From assembly GCA_010093995.1 (NCBI GenBank), contig ML992508.1:1343274-1407273 (forward strand): a DNA stretch of 64,000 nt, in the 5' to 3' direction. The translations under genes were made by a program, and so were the position numbers. The first letter of the stretch is position 1. Each line of letters opens with the position of its first letter. The notes beneath the pieces were generated by a model, which was not told where the DNA came from, made no database searches, and worked only from the letters and a program-made list of their open reading frames with translations. Shown here piece by piece: positions 24,974 through 37,500 of the stretch. Source of the stretch: Elsinoe ampelina. Its lineage: Eukaryota.

Positions 24974-27900
24974 CTACTGACCGTAGCCCTGTGTCATCAT
25001 TGAGCCATTCCACTCCGATCCAAATATATCCTGCAGATTGATATCTTGAAACGCCTGTTGGTCTCCATACATGGCATTCCGTTGATTCTGCCAGTTGGAG
25101 TCCATTCCTTGAGGAGCTTGTGTCATCATGTACTGCTGCTGTTGCGGCTGCGCCGGCTGCGTCCCAGTCATTGACCCGTTTGGAATCCCTGTCATACTTC
25201 CTTGCGCCTGCATGTTGCCACTCCAATGTGACTCCTGCATCATGAATGGCGGTACGTTGTAGAGTTGAGCCTCCAGGCCGTCGCTTGGCTGTCCAGTCGC
25301 TCCAGAACGTGCAATATTGGTGTTGTCAGATAGACCGCCAGCTCCAAACAAGGCGGGATCCCTCGCTCCCCTGTTATTCTCGAACGTTGTGAGCGGCTGG
25401 CTCGGATAGGTAAAAGGCTCAGCGGGTGAGAAGATCATCGAAGATATGTCGGGAACGTCAGGATTACTCGAAGGGGGTTGTAGACCAAATTGCTGCAATG
25501 TCTGTGTGGTCGGCGAGTAATCTGTAGGGGTGTACGGCGCCGAATTGAAGCTGGTTGGAGTGAATGGACCTTCGCTCTTTATGGTCGGCTGTGGAATACC
25601 GCCAGTCATCATATTCGCTGGAGACTGGCTGCCCATCGCATCGATCTGTAAACCACTTGGTAGCGATCGTGGCATACCCATTGCTTGAACCCCACTGAGT
25701 GGGCGGTTCTCCGCTGCCTGCTGCTTTCGCTTCCGCTTTGTGGGCGCTGGGTTTGACTTGCCCTCTCGCATCCATTCTGGTAGCCGACTGAAGATAATCT
25801 GCGTCGTGTTAGCTTCGGCTATCAGAAAAGCAGAGGAAACAACGTACGTCAAGCGTGGCTGTACATCTGTCTGCTGACATAGTACGCTTTGCTGCTGACG
25901 CCAGGATCGCCTTTCCGTTCAGGGCATCCTTCATCAACTCTTGCGTGGTCGGATTGTCCGGATTCTCGGCGGCGAAGTACACAAGAGACAGGATAGAGAA
26001 GAAGGTCAAATAGACCGTGAACCATAGAGCGCCGTTGATGGAACCTCGCTTCTTCATCTGATCGCATAGCTGGATGAGATTGCGAGAGACGTTGATGTAC
26101 GACGCAGCGCATGCATAAGCTCGTTGGTCAGCCTGCTGGGCGCGTTTATCCGCTGCCACAAAGTGCAAGAATGGGCGGTAGAGCAGTACTTGGTTGAAAG
26201 CGTAAGTCGCGCGGAGGGATGCTTGTGCTCTGGTCCTTGTCAGCAACGCGCAGAGACGGGGATGAGCATAGCTGACCTGAGAAGTTTTGGTTCGTTGTGA
26301 GAAGGGTCAAGACCCTGCGGTAGGGACGCTTTCCATGCTTCCATTTCACTTTCAATCTCCTTGATGGTTGAGAAAGAGACAGTGTAAGATTTAGCCATAG
26401 GTCCATCTGCACTGCGAACGTGAATGGGGTACACTCTGTGTACAATTTTGCTTAGGATCTTCAACAATCGAGTGTGCTGATTGAAAGCTGTCATAACGGT
26501 GACAGAACCAGGTGGCATGGCCTTGATACCTTCAACCGTAATGCATTCATCGTCCACTTCTGCCGGGTCCTCCTGGTCGATATCCTCATCGGTCAGACTT
26601 GGCGGCAATCCAAGCATAGCACCAATGTACACATCCAGTTTCCGAATCGTCCAGAATACTCGTTTGCGTGTCTCGAGCTCCAGGGGATTGAATCGCTTTT
26701 GTGGTAGAGATCTGTGTAAGCCCATTCTAATAGCTGCTCGTAAAGCAACCCCGATGTAGCTGTAGCATTGACTAAGCTTAGCAGATGACTGCAAGAATAG
26801 AATCATGAAGATGACTGCTTGGATTGATGTCATATCGCGAATGTCTGCGATGTCCATCATCTGTCGGGCAGCCTTGAAATATTTGAATCTGCATAGGTGT
26901 CAGTATGAATCCTAAACTTGACTTCGGCGCAAACGAACCCTTTGTCGATCGCCATGTCGTATGTTGGGTACTCCTCCCCGCCATAAACAGATCCGACTGC
27001 GAGTGCGCTGTACAGGAGTGGAAAGAATCTGTGGTCTTCATTCGTGTACTGTTCCGACGGTAAAGTGTAGATTCTTTTGAAGGATTGCCAAAATGAGGGC
27101 ACATGGACAATGCGAAGGACGACGGAGTGCATAGTGAGCGCACTGGCGGCGAGCTCCCTAGCGGTGCTTTCCGAAGGCAAATCAGATGCTGGGCTCATGG
27201 CGTCCATTGGCGATTCAACGCTGGTCGACTTGGGCGAGTCAAGGACATTGGAGACTGGCCGCGATTTTATGAAGGGTGTTGTTCCAGTATCGGGACCCAT
27301 GAGGTCACCCAACTGCTCTCGCATCCGTCGGACGAAGCTCAAACCTGACGAGTGACCGTGGTAGTCCCAATTGCCATTCTCGTCCATATCAAGCAGACCT
27401 ACCGCCCGTATCATTGACTCGAGATCCTGATCTTTCTTCAATTCGGTCGAGTCGACGTTCTGACTACGAGGTGGTTGCGATAAATTTGGCTTCGTCTGAT
27501 CTTGTTGCTGAGGGGTAATGGCCGACTTGAGACCTGGTATATATCCATGTCGTACCGCGATATCGAGTGCGGGATCATTAAGGTCAAGGTTGGGGGCAAT
27601 CATTTGAATGAGACCTTCAGCGCGGTGCACTCGTGCTTCGAGTGCTTCCACATATGCGGGTACTGGATTGCGTCGCCGATTCGAAGGCTGATCGTATGTG
27701 CAGTCTTCTCAGAGTCAACCAGAGCGGGGTATAGTAAAGTACGTCAAGACTCACCATAGCTGTATACTGTACAATGTGTGCATGGTTGTTTCCCATCGCA
27801 TTTGATTTTCTTTCTTCGACATTCGTCGCATGCGCGAGTCACTCGTCGCCGTTTCTGCATCGGTGCAGATGCTTTATCGTGTGTGGGTGCGGCCCCATCT

Positions 27901-28010
27901 TCGCCAGAAGGTGAAGGTGGACCTGATGCATCGTCGTGAGGAGCATCCTCGAGGTCGTCTTCGTGGTCCCCCATGAGATCCTCACGAGTCGCAGAGTCCT
28001 GCCTTGCCAT
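24974..28010 (-). CDS. ASG1: Zn2Cys6 transcription factor with Fungal_trans domain (ASG1/Mut3-like); multi-exon
   Basis: [33 protein letters not shown] zinc cluster, YHGHSSG, and AIRMGLHR...RKRVFWTI. Confidence 0.85.
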
Positions 28011-29428
28011 AAGTCGGGTTGTGCGTCCGCAGAGACCCCGATATCACAGCGCCGTTAGTGTCGTGGGCGGGGTGGGCATGGATTCTCTCATCAAGCAGGC
28101 CTGAGGCAGAGAGGCGAAAAGTTCGAGGAGCGTGGAACCTTACTAAACATTCCTCACAGATGAGACGGTGGAGTAGAAGGAACGACGATCAAAGTCCTAA
28201 TTCCGCACGAACGAGGTAAAATGCGACGGTAAAGAGTGACGACGACCAGCCAAGTTGACTGCCGGAGACATCGCTCTCCTAACGTCCGACGAAACACGAC
28301 GTCAAAAGCTCCGATTTAGGCAAGTCCCTACCGCGCCCGCCCAATCTGAAAAGCAATTTTCCCCTGTTCCTCCTCCAATGCCTGGTGCGACGGCCTGATT
28401 ACGCGTCTCAGCAGCCACAAGTGTCAGGGAACAGATTAGAAGTGAGCGAATATGAAGCTCTAGACCATTGATGGCAGACTATTCGGGAATACAGGAACAA
28501 CCATGTGGCCATGACTGGCAGAGGCGAACCCTCGGTTTAGCACCACTTGGCAAACGACCTTAAATGTCTTGGTCTGGGGCAGTCACCAAGCTGATGGAAT
28601 CGTTGGTGAGAAGGATCTCAACTGCGTGATCCAGTGGGCAGCCCGATTCAATGAACCATGTCGGTGGTCTACCAATGGTCGAAGAATCAGCCGTTGTGAG
28701 TTCGTGCAGCAGATACTTCCTGGGCCCCATCGGCAACATTCAAGACACTCTGGTAGACACAACTTGAAAGGGTCGTGAGCGGCTCTGGGTAGGGCGACGT
28801 AACGCTGCATGCAAGAAGGAGATTTCCAGACGCCACGATATCGGAGCCTCGGTGATTGTAGATGCGGCGCTAGACTGGTTCAAGAGGCGAACAGTGGGCG
28901 GGTCCAGCAAAGTCCTAGCGTTTTTTTTGCTCCAACTATGCTTGATTATGAAGCAATTGTATACCATGCTCAAGAGATCGATGAAATGGTGGACGCACTC
29001 ACTCGTCGTAGGTATCGAAAGTGATCATGATTCTGGTAAGCATTCCTTTATTTTGGAAGAGCGATGTGGCCTGAGAAGCGTCCGCCGCGCGCTGAAGCAG
29101 AAGTGGGGCGCCGTGATGAACCGAATTTGCAAACACCGCATGATCAATCTCTCTTGACCAACAAACATCTCGCAATTCATACACAAGACGTGATCCTCCA
29201 ATAATTTTAGCAGATTCAAGCGAGACGACCATTCTGAACTTGGAAAGAACACCACACCCTTTGAGCGGCCCGTAGCATCCGGCTGCGGCACCGCTTCTCC
29301 AGCCGCGCCATCTCACCGCACGACGTGGGATCAAAGCATCTTGAGATAGCAGTCATACGAGAATCTCATAGCACCAGAACGTTCAGGATCCGTACCTGTC
29401 AGATCGGTAGCGGTCTGCAACCCTTGCC

Positions 29429-30322
29429 ATGGCTTCAAGCTGGACACAGCGACTGAGCCAGCTATCCGGACGGTGGTCACCTTTCGCGCGCTCACCAACC
29501 GAGAATGGACAGGCAAAAGTCAGCGACGCAGACTATAGCTATATTACGACCGAAGATCTGCAGAAAGGAGATTACGATAGGGGATCAGGTCCACCACGAG
29601 ACACCGACGTCATCACCATCAAGAATAAGAAGACCAAATATCCTGTCCACTTTCCCGCATACTCGATAGACCGAGGCGAGCTCACTATCGGAGATGTTCG
29701 AAAGGAGACTGCGAAGAAGCTTGGTTGCGACATCAGGAGAGTCAAACTACTTCACCGTGGCAAGAAACTCAACGACGACTCGAGGTCATGTAGAGAGGAA
29801 AGCCTGCGCGACGGGGTTGATATCATGTGTATCACGGGCGATACAATCGGCGAGCCCGAGAGCTCGAGTGATTCTGAAGGTGTGCTGGACGGCGAAGAGG
29901 TCGCTGGCGGTGATCAGCCAAAACGGAAACGTAATCGGAACCGGAACAAGAAGAAGAAGGGAAAGAAGCGAGGTGATGCTACGGATGTAGATGGGCTGGC
30001 GGTACCTGGTAGCGAAAGCTCAAGAACAGCTTCGCCCAAACTACCAGCAGCGCCCAAGACACCGGATGAGAAGCTAAGCGCAATTCACGATACCATGAAA
30101 ACCTTTGTTCCGCTGGTGGACGATTACTGCCGCAACACACCAACAGACACAACCAAGCGCGACTTTGAGCACAAGAAACTGAGTGAAACTATTCTGGCAC
30201 AAATTCTATTGAAGCTGGATGCCGTGGAGACTGATGAACCGGAACTTCGGGCTAGAAGAAAGGAATTGGTCAAAGCAACACAGAAGCTATTGAATGATCT
30301 TGATGCGGCGAAAGCATCTTGA
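29429..30322 (+). CDS. BAG-domain Hsp70 co-chaperone with an N-terminal ubiquitin-like region
   Basis: VKLLHRGKKLNDD (UBL-like) and HKKLSETILAQILLKLDAVET...RARRKELVKATQKLLNDLD (BAG). Confidence 0.88.
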   Translation: MASSWTQRLSQLSGRWSPFARSPTENGQAKVSDADYSYITTEDLQKGDYDRGSGPPRDTDVITIKNKKTKYPVHFPAYSIDRGELTIGDVRKETAKKLGCDIRRVKLLHRGKKLNDDSRSCREESLRDGVDIMCITGDTIGEPESSSDSEGVLDGEEVAGGDQPKRKRNRNRNKKKKGKKRGDATDVDGLAVPGSESSRTASPKLPAAPKTPDEKLSAIHDTMKTFVPLVDDYCRNTPTDTTKRDFEHKKLSETILAQILLKLDAVETDEPELRARRKELVKATQKLLNDLDAAKAS

Positions 30323-30668
30323 GACGACGAAAACGAGATTCATGATATCCTGCACAGCGTTTTTGGATTTGTCACGACAGAGCACAATAATAGGCACATT
30401 GCCGTAGATCTACTTAGACTGGTGAAAGGGTGAAGATGCAGAACTACAATCCAGCTCAAACCCTTTGCAATGCTATAATAGTGTAATCCTTTGGTATCTT
30501 TCAGTGGTCGGAGTGGATTTAGTGGTACGGTGAGACATTTTGAGAAGTATGTCGTGCCAAGTGCCAAGTCCACACAATTTCGCCTCGCGAAAATCAAAGT
30601 ACTCCACCACAGTGAAGTTCTCGAACCTCATCCGACCACACGCCCACCACAATCGACATCTGGAAATC

Positions 30669-31644
30669 ATGTCGACCTTCGAGCCTGTCGTACGTACTAC
30701 CTCCATAAGATGGATCACAATCGCAATCGCATCCCCACCCACATCTACCGACATGCATCAGGGCCGATTCTCTGACTCTTTCTATCTAGGTCGTCATCGA
30801 CGGAAAGGGACACCTTCTCGGTCGTCTCGCCAGCACTGTCGCGAAGCAACTCCTCAATGGCCAGAAGGTCGTTGTTGTCCGTTGCGAGGCTATCAACATC
30901 TCCGGAGAGTTCTTCCGCGCAAAGCGTACGCACACCCAGAATATTTTTCAGGCCCAATACCTCGAGCTGTGGTCCAGACCAAGCTGCAAGAGCATGATGG
31001 AAGGCGTCGCCATAGAAAGAGCATAGACTGACTTGGACATTACAGTGAAGTACCAGGCGTTTATGCGCAAGCAGACTCGTTACAATGCCACTCGTGGAGG
31101 TACGCATCGTCTTTTAAGACACCTCATCTTGCCCTTCATTGGTGCAAGATGATTGATCCTGCATTTTAAGCAGAGGCTCACATGCATGACTACAGGTCCA
31201 TGGCATTACCGAGCACCATCCAAGATGTTCTGGCGTACCGTCAGAGGCATGATCCCACACAAGACCGCTCGTGGTGCTGCCGCAATGGAGCGCCTAAAGG
31301 TGTTCGAGGGTGTTCCTCCTCCATATGACAACAAGAAGCGTGTCGTTGTTCCCCAGGCACTCCGTGTCCTCAGACTCAAGCCCGGTCGCAAGTACTGCAC
31401 TGTCGGTCGTCTTGGTCACGAGTTCGGTTGGAAGTACCAGGACGTTGTCTCCAAGTTAGTGGAAAATCATTCATACGGTGTCATCGAGATATTGATCTGT
31501 TACAGGTTGGAGGAGAAGAGAAAGGTCAAGAGCGCCGCCTACTACGAGCGCAAGAAGGCCGCAAGGAAGCAGCTCGCCGACGCAAAGCAAAACGCCAAGG
31601 TCAGCGAGGACACGAAGAAGCAGCTCTCAGCCCTCGGCTACTAG
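30669..31644 (+). CDS. RPL16: 60S ribosomal protein L16 (uL13); introns 30690-30790, 30926-31045, 31100-31195, 31455-31505
   Basis: Spliced [22 protein letters not shown]...[40 protein letters not shown]. Confidence 0.97.
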
Positions 31645-32036
31645 GAGATCTTTGGGGTTTGGAGAGGAACGTGAGCGGAACGAAGATGTCTATGGGATTG
31701 ATGCACAGCATGAAGCTTCGCGGGTGGTTCAGCCCCGAGTCGCTGGTATATGGCGTTGATCAAAAGCCTCGAGGGGCATATCCAATGAAAGACTTCTACA
31801 ACATATTTCGCCTCAGGATTGAACAGCAATCCTGTACATTGATTACCATTTGTGTGCCAAGCGATGCCGAGGGCACTCCCCCCAAAAGTCACTCCGCACC
31901 CCATCGTTTCCCTTTCCCCGGATTGATCCTCGCTCCTCATGTTTCGAGGGACGTCATTTCTCGATTGATCTTCTTCCCTCTCTTCCCGATAATTCCCCTG
32001 TGCTCTCGTGATTTGTGCCTGCAATATAAGACCGAC

Positions 32037-33920
32037 ATGAGCTCCGCAGCTCGTCGACTGGCAGCATTTGCCTCACAGCTTCTCCCCTCCTCCAACTCCG
32101 ACCCCTCACACAACTATCATATCCACCAATTATCACCAACATTCTTCTTGCCCCGAGCTGCGGAGATTGAACCAGAAGTGCGACATGATATGCTTGAAAG
32201 TCACGAACCTAGTTGATCATTTGCCAGGCTACCGCAATCTACCACGTGACTGCAAACAAGAAGATCTTGCGTCGTTCGTATCAAGAGGCCGCGGATCGAG
32301 CCCGTGGATTGGCATATTACCTACGGCATCATGGCTACAAGCGAGTTGGTATCCTCGCTCCCAACACGCCAGCATTCTTCGAGTCGATATTCGGCATTGC
32401 TGCTGCAGGGGCGATCAACGTTGGTAAGCATTGCAAGTGAGCTTCGCGTTCGAGCCACCCCTAATGTCTCTTATAGCTGTGAACTATCGGTTGAAGAAAG
32501 ATGACGTTGCATATATTCTTGACTTCGCCCAGGTGGATGTCATCATCGTGGATGAGGAGTTCTTATCACTCCTTGATGGTTTCCAAAGAGACCACCCAAA
32601 CATTCCACTCATCATTGACACCGATACTGATGCCACCGAGGGCGAGCTCTCTGGACCATTCGATGATGCGGTCCTAGAAGGTCTGAAGCTCGATCAGAAG
32701 TCAGGGAGCAAGGGGTGGGCTGATTTGGAGCATACTAGCAAGGACGAGAACTCGCTGATCGCACTGGCGCATACAAGCGGTACGACTTCGAGACCCAAGC
32801 TCGTCGAGTACACGCACCGAGGGTGTTATATGGCTGCTATGGGGAATGTGATCGAATCCGGACTTTCATATCACGATTCTGGACGTTGCAAATACCTCTG
32901 GACACTTCCCATGTTTCATGCAATGGGCTGGACTTTCCCGTGGGCCGTGACTGCCGCAAGAGGAACACATTACTGTCTACGCAAGATTGATTACCCAGAG
33001 ATCTGGAGGCTACTCAAGACAGAAGGCATTACGCATTTCAATGCTGCACCCACCGTCAATACGTTACTGTGCGCAGATCCGAATGCAGAGAAGCTCGAAC
33101 ATCCTGTGCGAGTCACCGTCGCGGCGAGCCCACCTACGGCGCACCTATTCGAGACGATGGAGAACCTAAATCTTCGACCCGTGCACGTGTACGGACTTAC
33201 CGAGACATACGGGCCAATCACGAAAGGATATCAGATGCCGGCGTGGCAGCAGCTTCCGATCAAGGAGAAGTACGGCAAAATGGCCCGGCAGGGACATGGT
33301 TTCGTGACTTCGTTGCCAGTACGGGTGATCAAGCAGGAGCTGCCGGAAGATCAGATCATCGACGTGGAGAAGGATGGCAAGGAGATAGGTGAGATTGTGT
33401 TTGTGGGCAATATCTGTGCCAAAGGATATCACAAGGACCCGGAAGCGACCAGGAAGCTCTACGCTGGCGGAGTTCAGCATAGTGGCGACCTGGCTGTGTG
33501 GCATCCGGATGGTGCTATCCAGATTTTGGATCGAGCCAAGGACATTATCATCAGTGGTAAGTCTACGAAATTGCGCCACAAGAATCCGCTGACGATGGGT
33601 GATTAGGTGGTGAGAACATTTCCAGTGTTGCGTTGGAGTCCATGCTCGTTACGCATCCAGACATCCTCGAGGCTGCGTGTGTTGGTGTAGCTGATAGTCA
33701 CTGGGGTGAACGACCAAAGGCATACATCACCGTCAAGAAGACCTCAGGCAAGGGCTTGACAGGAGAGGACGTGATCAACTGGGCCAAGAATGACTCTGGC
33801 ATATCACGATTTATGGTGCCGAGAGAAGTCGAGGTGTTGGATGAACTACCGAAGACCAGTACTGGTAAAGTCAGGAAGAATGTCTTGCGAGACTGGGCGA
33901 AAGGCGGCACGCGTGAGTGA
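32037..33920 (+). CDS. AMP-binding acyl-CoA synthetase/ligase, probably peroxisomal; three introns
   Basis: ANL-family motifs HTSGTTSRPK, YGLTETYGP, HSGDL, DRAKDIIISGGENI and LPKTSTGK. N-terminal RLAAFASQL matches PTS2. Confidence 0.93.
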
Positions 33921-34549
33921 TTTCTTGATGATGTACAAGTAGTAGCGCGCTGCTATCTCGATATGAGGTGATGGAAATTTGCGGCGCCTGCGGAAGACGA
34001 AATGGCTTGGCATGATGTTGGAATTTGTCTATATCAGCACAGCGATGTGAATAAATGTGGCGATGAGAATACTGAGGCGACGAGATGATCAGAGTAAAAT
34101 CAAATCATTGATGCACGGGTTTGCCTGAAATGAAGATAGCTGAGGGTTGCGTGAGTTGATGCCAGATGGCTGAAGCCCGTCATGCAAAAAGGGGTTAGCG
34201 CGTTTTGGGGCATTTTCTGGCGTCTGAGAATACTTTAGTAAAGGGTCGCCCGTCTATATTTACGGCTGAAATCTCCAGGCGCGCCCCGACCTTGAACCAC
34301 CATTTGCTGCCCTTCTTTTGCCAGCCAGAGCTCCCGCCCAATCAACGGCCAGCGCAAGCTCCCTGCTTCGACCACGACACAAGCTCATCAAAAAACCACT
34401 CGCACACGCGAATTTAATTCATCAAACAAACACATTTACAACGCAACGAGATGAATTGATGGTGCATACCACATCACTCTGTTCTTTTCCGTTCTTCTTT
34501 TTTAATGTGTCTTTTGCATTCGCACCGGCGTTGGTCGTAATCTAAAACA

Positions 34550-37500
34550 ATGAGCGGCGCAAGCAGGTGAGCCGTCCCCACAGAGCCGCAATACATGTCT
34601 CTTGTCACTGTCACACAGAGCTGACTCAGCTATACAGGCTCGACCGTCTGGTCGTGTTAGTACCACTGACCCTGACACACGTGATTTCCCAATTAATAAA
34701 TTCACAGGCTATTGGAGACGGGCAGCACACAGCTCATCCGAAACACAGCTGCACAACAACTCGCAGATGTGCAAAAAGCGCATCCCGACGAGCTATTCAA
34801 CCTCCTGACCAGAGTCATACCATATCTCAGATCATCGTCATGGGACACGAGAACCGCTGCGGCCAAGGCGGTGGGAGGGATTGTGGAGCACGCGCCCAAG
34901 TTCGATCCGAACGAGGACGAAGACATTGTCAAAGATGAGATCAAAGATGAAGATGCCGCCGCCGCTGTCACCGGTGTCAAACTGGAAGATGGACCGAAAC
35001 CAGCCGCCGAGGATCAACTATCGCTGGGCACACTGGACGTCGAAGCCATTCTTACATACGGTAAGGAGCTTCTCGGGAGTGCTGGCAAGCAATACGACTT
35101 CAAGCTCGCTGGACTCACGGCTGCGGACCGTTTGGCGCATCAGAAGAAGACTCTCACAGCTCGTCTTGGACTTGGTGGCGAATACATCGAAGAGGAACTG
35201 GTTGAGGAGAAGGACATCGCGCTGCGCGGACCACTGCAGACGCCTACCACTGCTGCACCAGGAAAGACTTTCTCGCGCCAGAGCAGTGCTGGTCCTGAGA
35301 TTGCCGCAAGCCTAGGCGCCGAAGCTAATGGTCAGGGAGGTGGCGAGATGAGCAAGCGACAATTGAACATGCTCAAGCGTCGCAGAAAGGAAGAGCTCAA
35401 ACGTGACAATAAGAAATTCAAATACGACTTTGCAGGCGCTGGCCGTCGCGAGAGCACGTCGCAAACACCAGCAGATGTCAAACCCGAGGTCAAAGAAGAA
35501 GACCAGAACGGCTCAGAGTATTTCAGCCTCGACCGTAAAGCTGGCGACGATGATTCAAAAGTGGTGTCGGAATTCAAGGGGGCACCGCCAGTGGAGAAAT
35601 CCAGCTTCCAGACAGAAGCAGAGGAAGAAGGCAAGGAGTGGCCTTTCGACAGGCTATGCGAATTTCTGACGGTCGATCTCTTCGATCCCCAATGGGAGAT
35701 TCGCCATGGCGCAGCTATGGGCTTGAGGGAGATCATTCGGACACACGGAGCTGGAGCCGGACGGCTTTGGGGCAAGACACGTGCGGAGAACGACAAGCTC
35801 AATCAAGCGTGGCTGGACGACCTTGCCTGCAGAATATGCTGCGTATTCATACTCGACCGGTTCGCCGATTACGTATCCGACAATGCTGTTGCGCCCATTC
35901 GAGAGACCGCTGGTCAGACGCTTGGTGCGCTTCTTCAATATCTACCACCAGATTCCGTCCACGCGGTGAACCGCATTCTCTACAGGCTGGTCATGCAAAA
36001 GGATCTCAAGGTCAGCCGTAGAATATGGCATGCTTGTCATGGAGGCATGATTGGTATGCGATACCTCGTGGCTGTCCGCAATGACCTGCTACTCAAGGAC
36101 AACTCGCTCATGGACGGTGTGTTGGAGTGTGTCATCAAAGGCCTCGGCGACAGTGATGACGATGTCAGAGCAGTCAGCGCCTCGACATTGATTCCAGTCG
36201 CCCAGGAATTCGTCAATCTCCGCCCTCAAGCACTCACCCACCTTATCGGTGTGGTGTGGGAATGTCTTTCGAATCTAAGCGACGATCTTAGCGCCAGCAC
36301 AGGATCGGTAATGGACCTGCTTGCGAAGCTGTGCAGCTTTCCGGAAGTCCTTGAGGCAATGAAAAGCAATGCTGCGGACGACCCGGAACAGTCTTTCGCA
36401 GAACTAGTACCCCGACTATTCCCATTCTTGCGGCACACGATCACAACTGTCAGATCAGCTGTGCTACGCGCACTGCTCACCTTTCTCGACATCAGGACTG
36501 AAGGATCAATATCCTGGGTGAATGGCAAGGCATTACGTCTCATCTATCAGAACATGCTAGTTGAGCGACAGGAGAATGTTCTGAAGCTCAGTCTGGATGT
36601 CTGGAACGGCCTTGTGAAGGTTCTGTCGGAGACCGACAATGCAGTGTTTGTCCAGGAATTCGAAGCTCACCTTCGTCCTCTTCTGACGCTGACCTTGCAT
36701 CCCATCGGTGTGTCTAGGCACCCGATACCTATGGATCCAACCCTGATCATGCGACCTTCTGGACATACCTATCCACCTATGGCTACCAATGGCGTTTCGA
36801 GACGGTCGCCCACTGCAAATGGCACGAGCGAGCCGGCTGCGAAGAAACGCAGAAAGTCCGACAAGGCACAGAGTGGCGTGCCAGCAACCACATCATCGCA
36901 TAACATTGATGCGCATATCATGCAAGGCGATGTCGACCTCGTTGGTGCCGACATCATGATCCGCACAAGGACATATGCTGCTAAAGCTCTCGGCAAGGCA
37001 ATGTCTATCTGGCCAGCGGATGCGAAGACAAGCGTCTTCGGTAATCAGATCATCACCGCTCTACGCTCGCCCATGTCCACCACCCAGATGTTCGCTTCGA
37101 TTGTCGTCGAAGAGTACGCCCGTGCGATTACCACATCTGATACACTGGCTCAAACACTTCAAAGCGCTCTGCAGCCAATTGTCGAGGGCGACAGACCATC
37201 CAGCTATGGCGATCTGACCAGCTATCTCCAAGTCGTTCGTGCACAGTGCCAGGTGCTCCTCAACACCTTCCGCGACAAAGCTCACGTCGCACCTCAGAAG
37301 CTGCCTATCGTGGCAGTTGTAGTGCAAGGTGAACCTGATGCGGGCAAGAATGCTTTCTCCCTGGCTGATGGCGAAAAAATTGTCGGACCGGATTTCGACA
37401 GACTCAAAAAGGGCCTCTCACCATCTCAGAAGATCACCTCCTCGGATCTGCTTGTCTCTGCCAAGGCTGACGCCGACATGGCTATCGCGGAAGCAACCAA

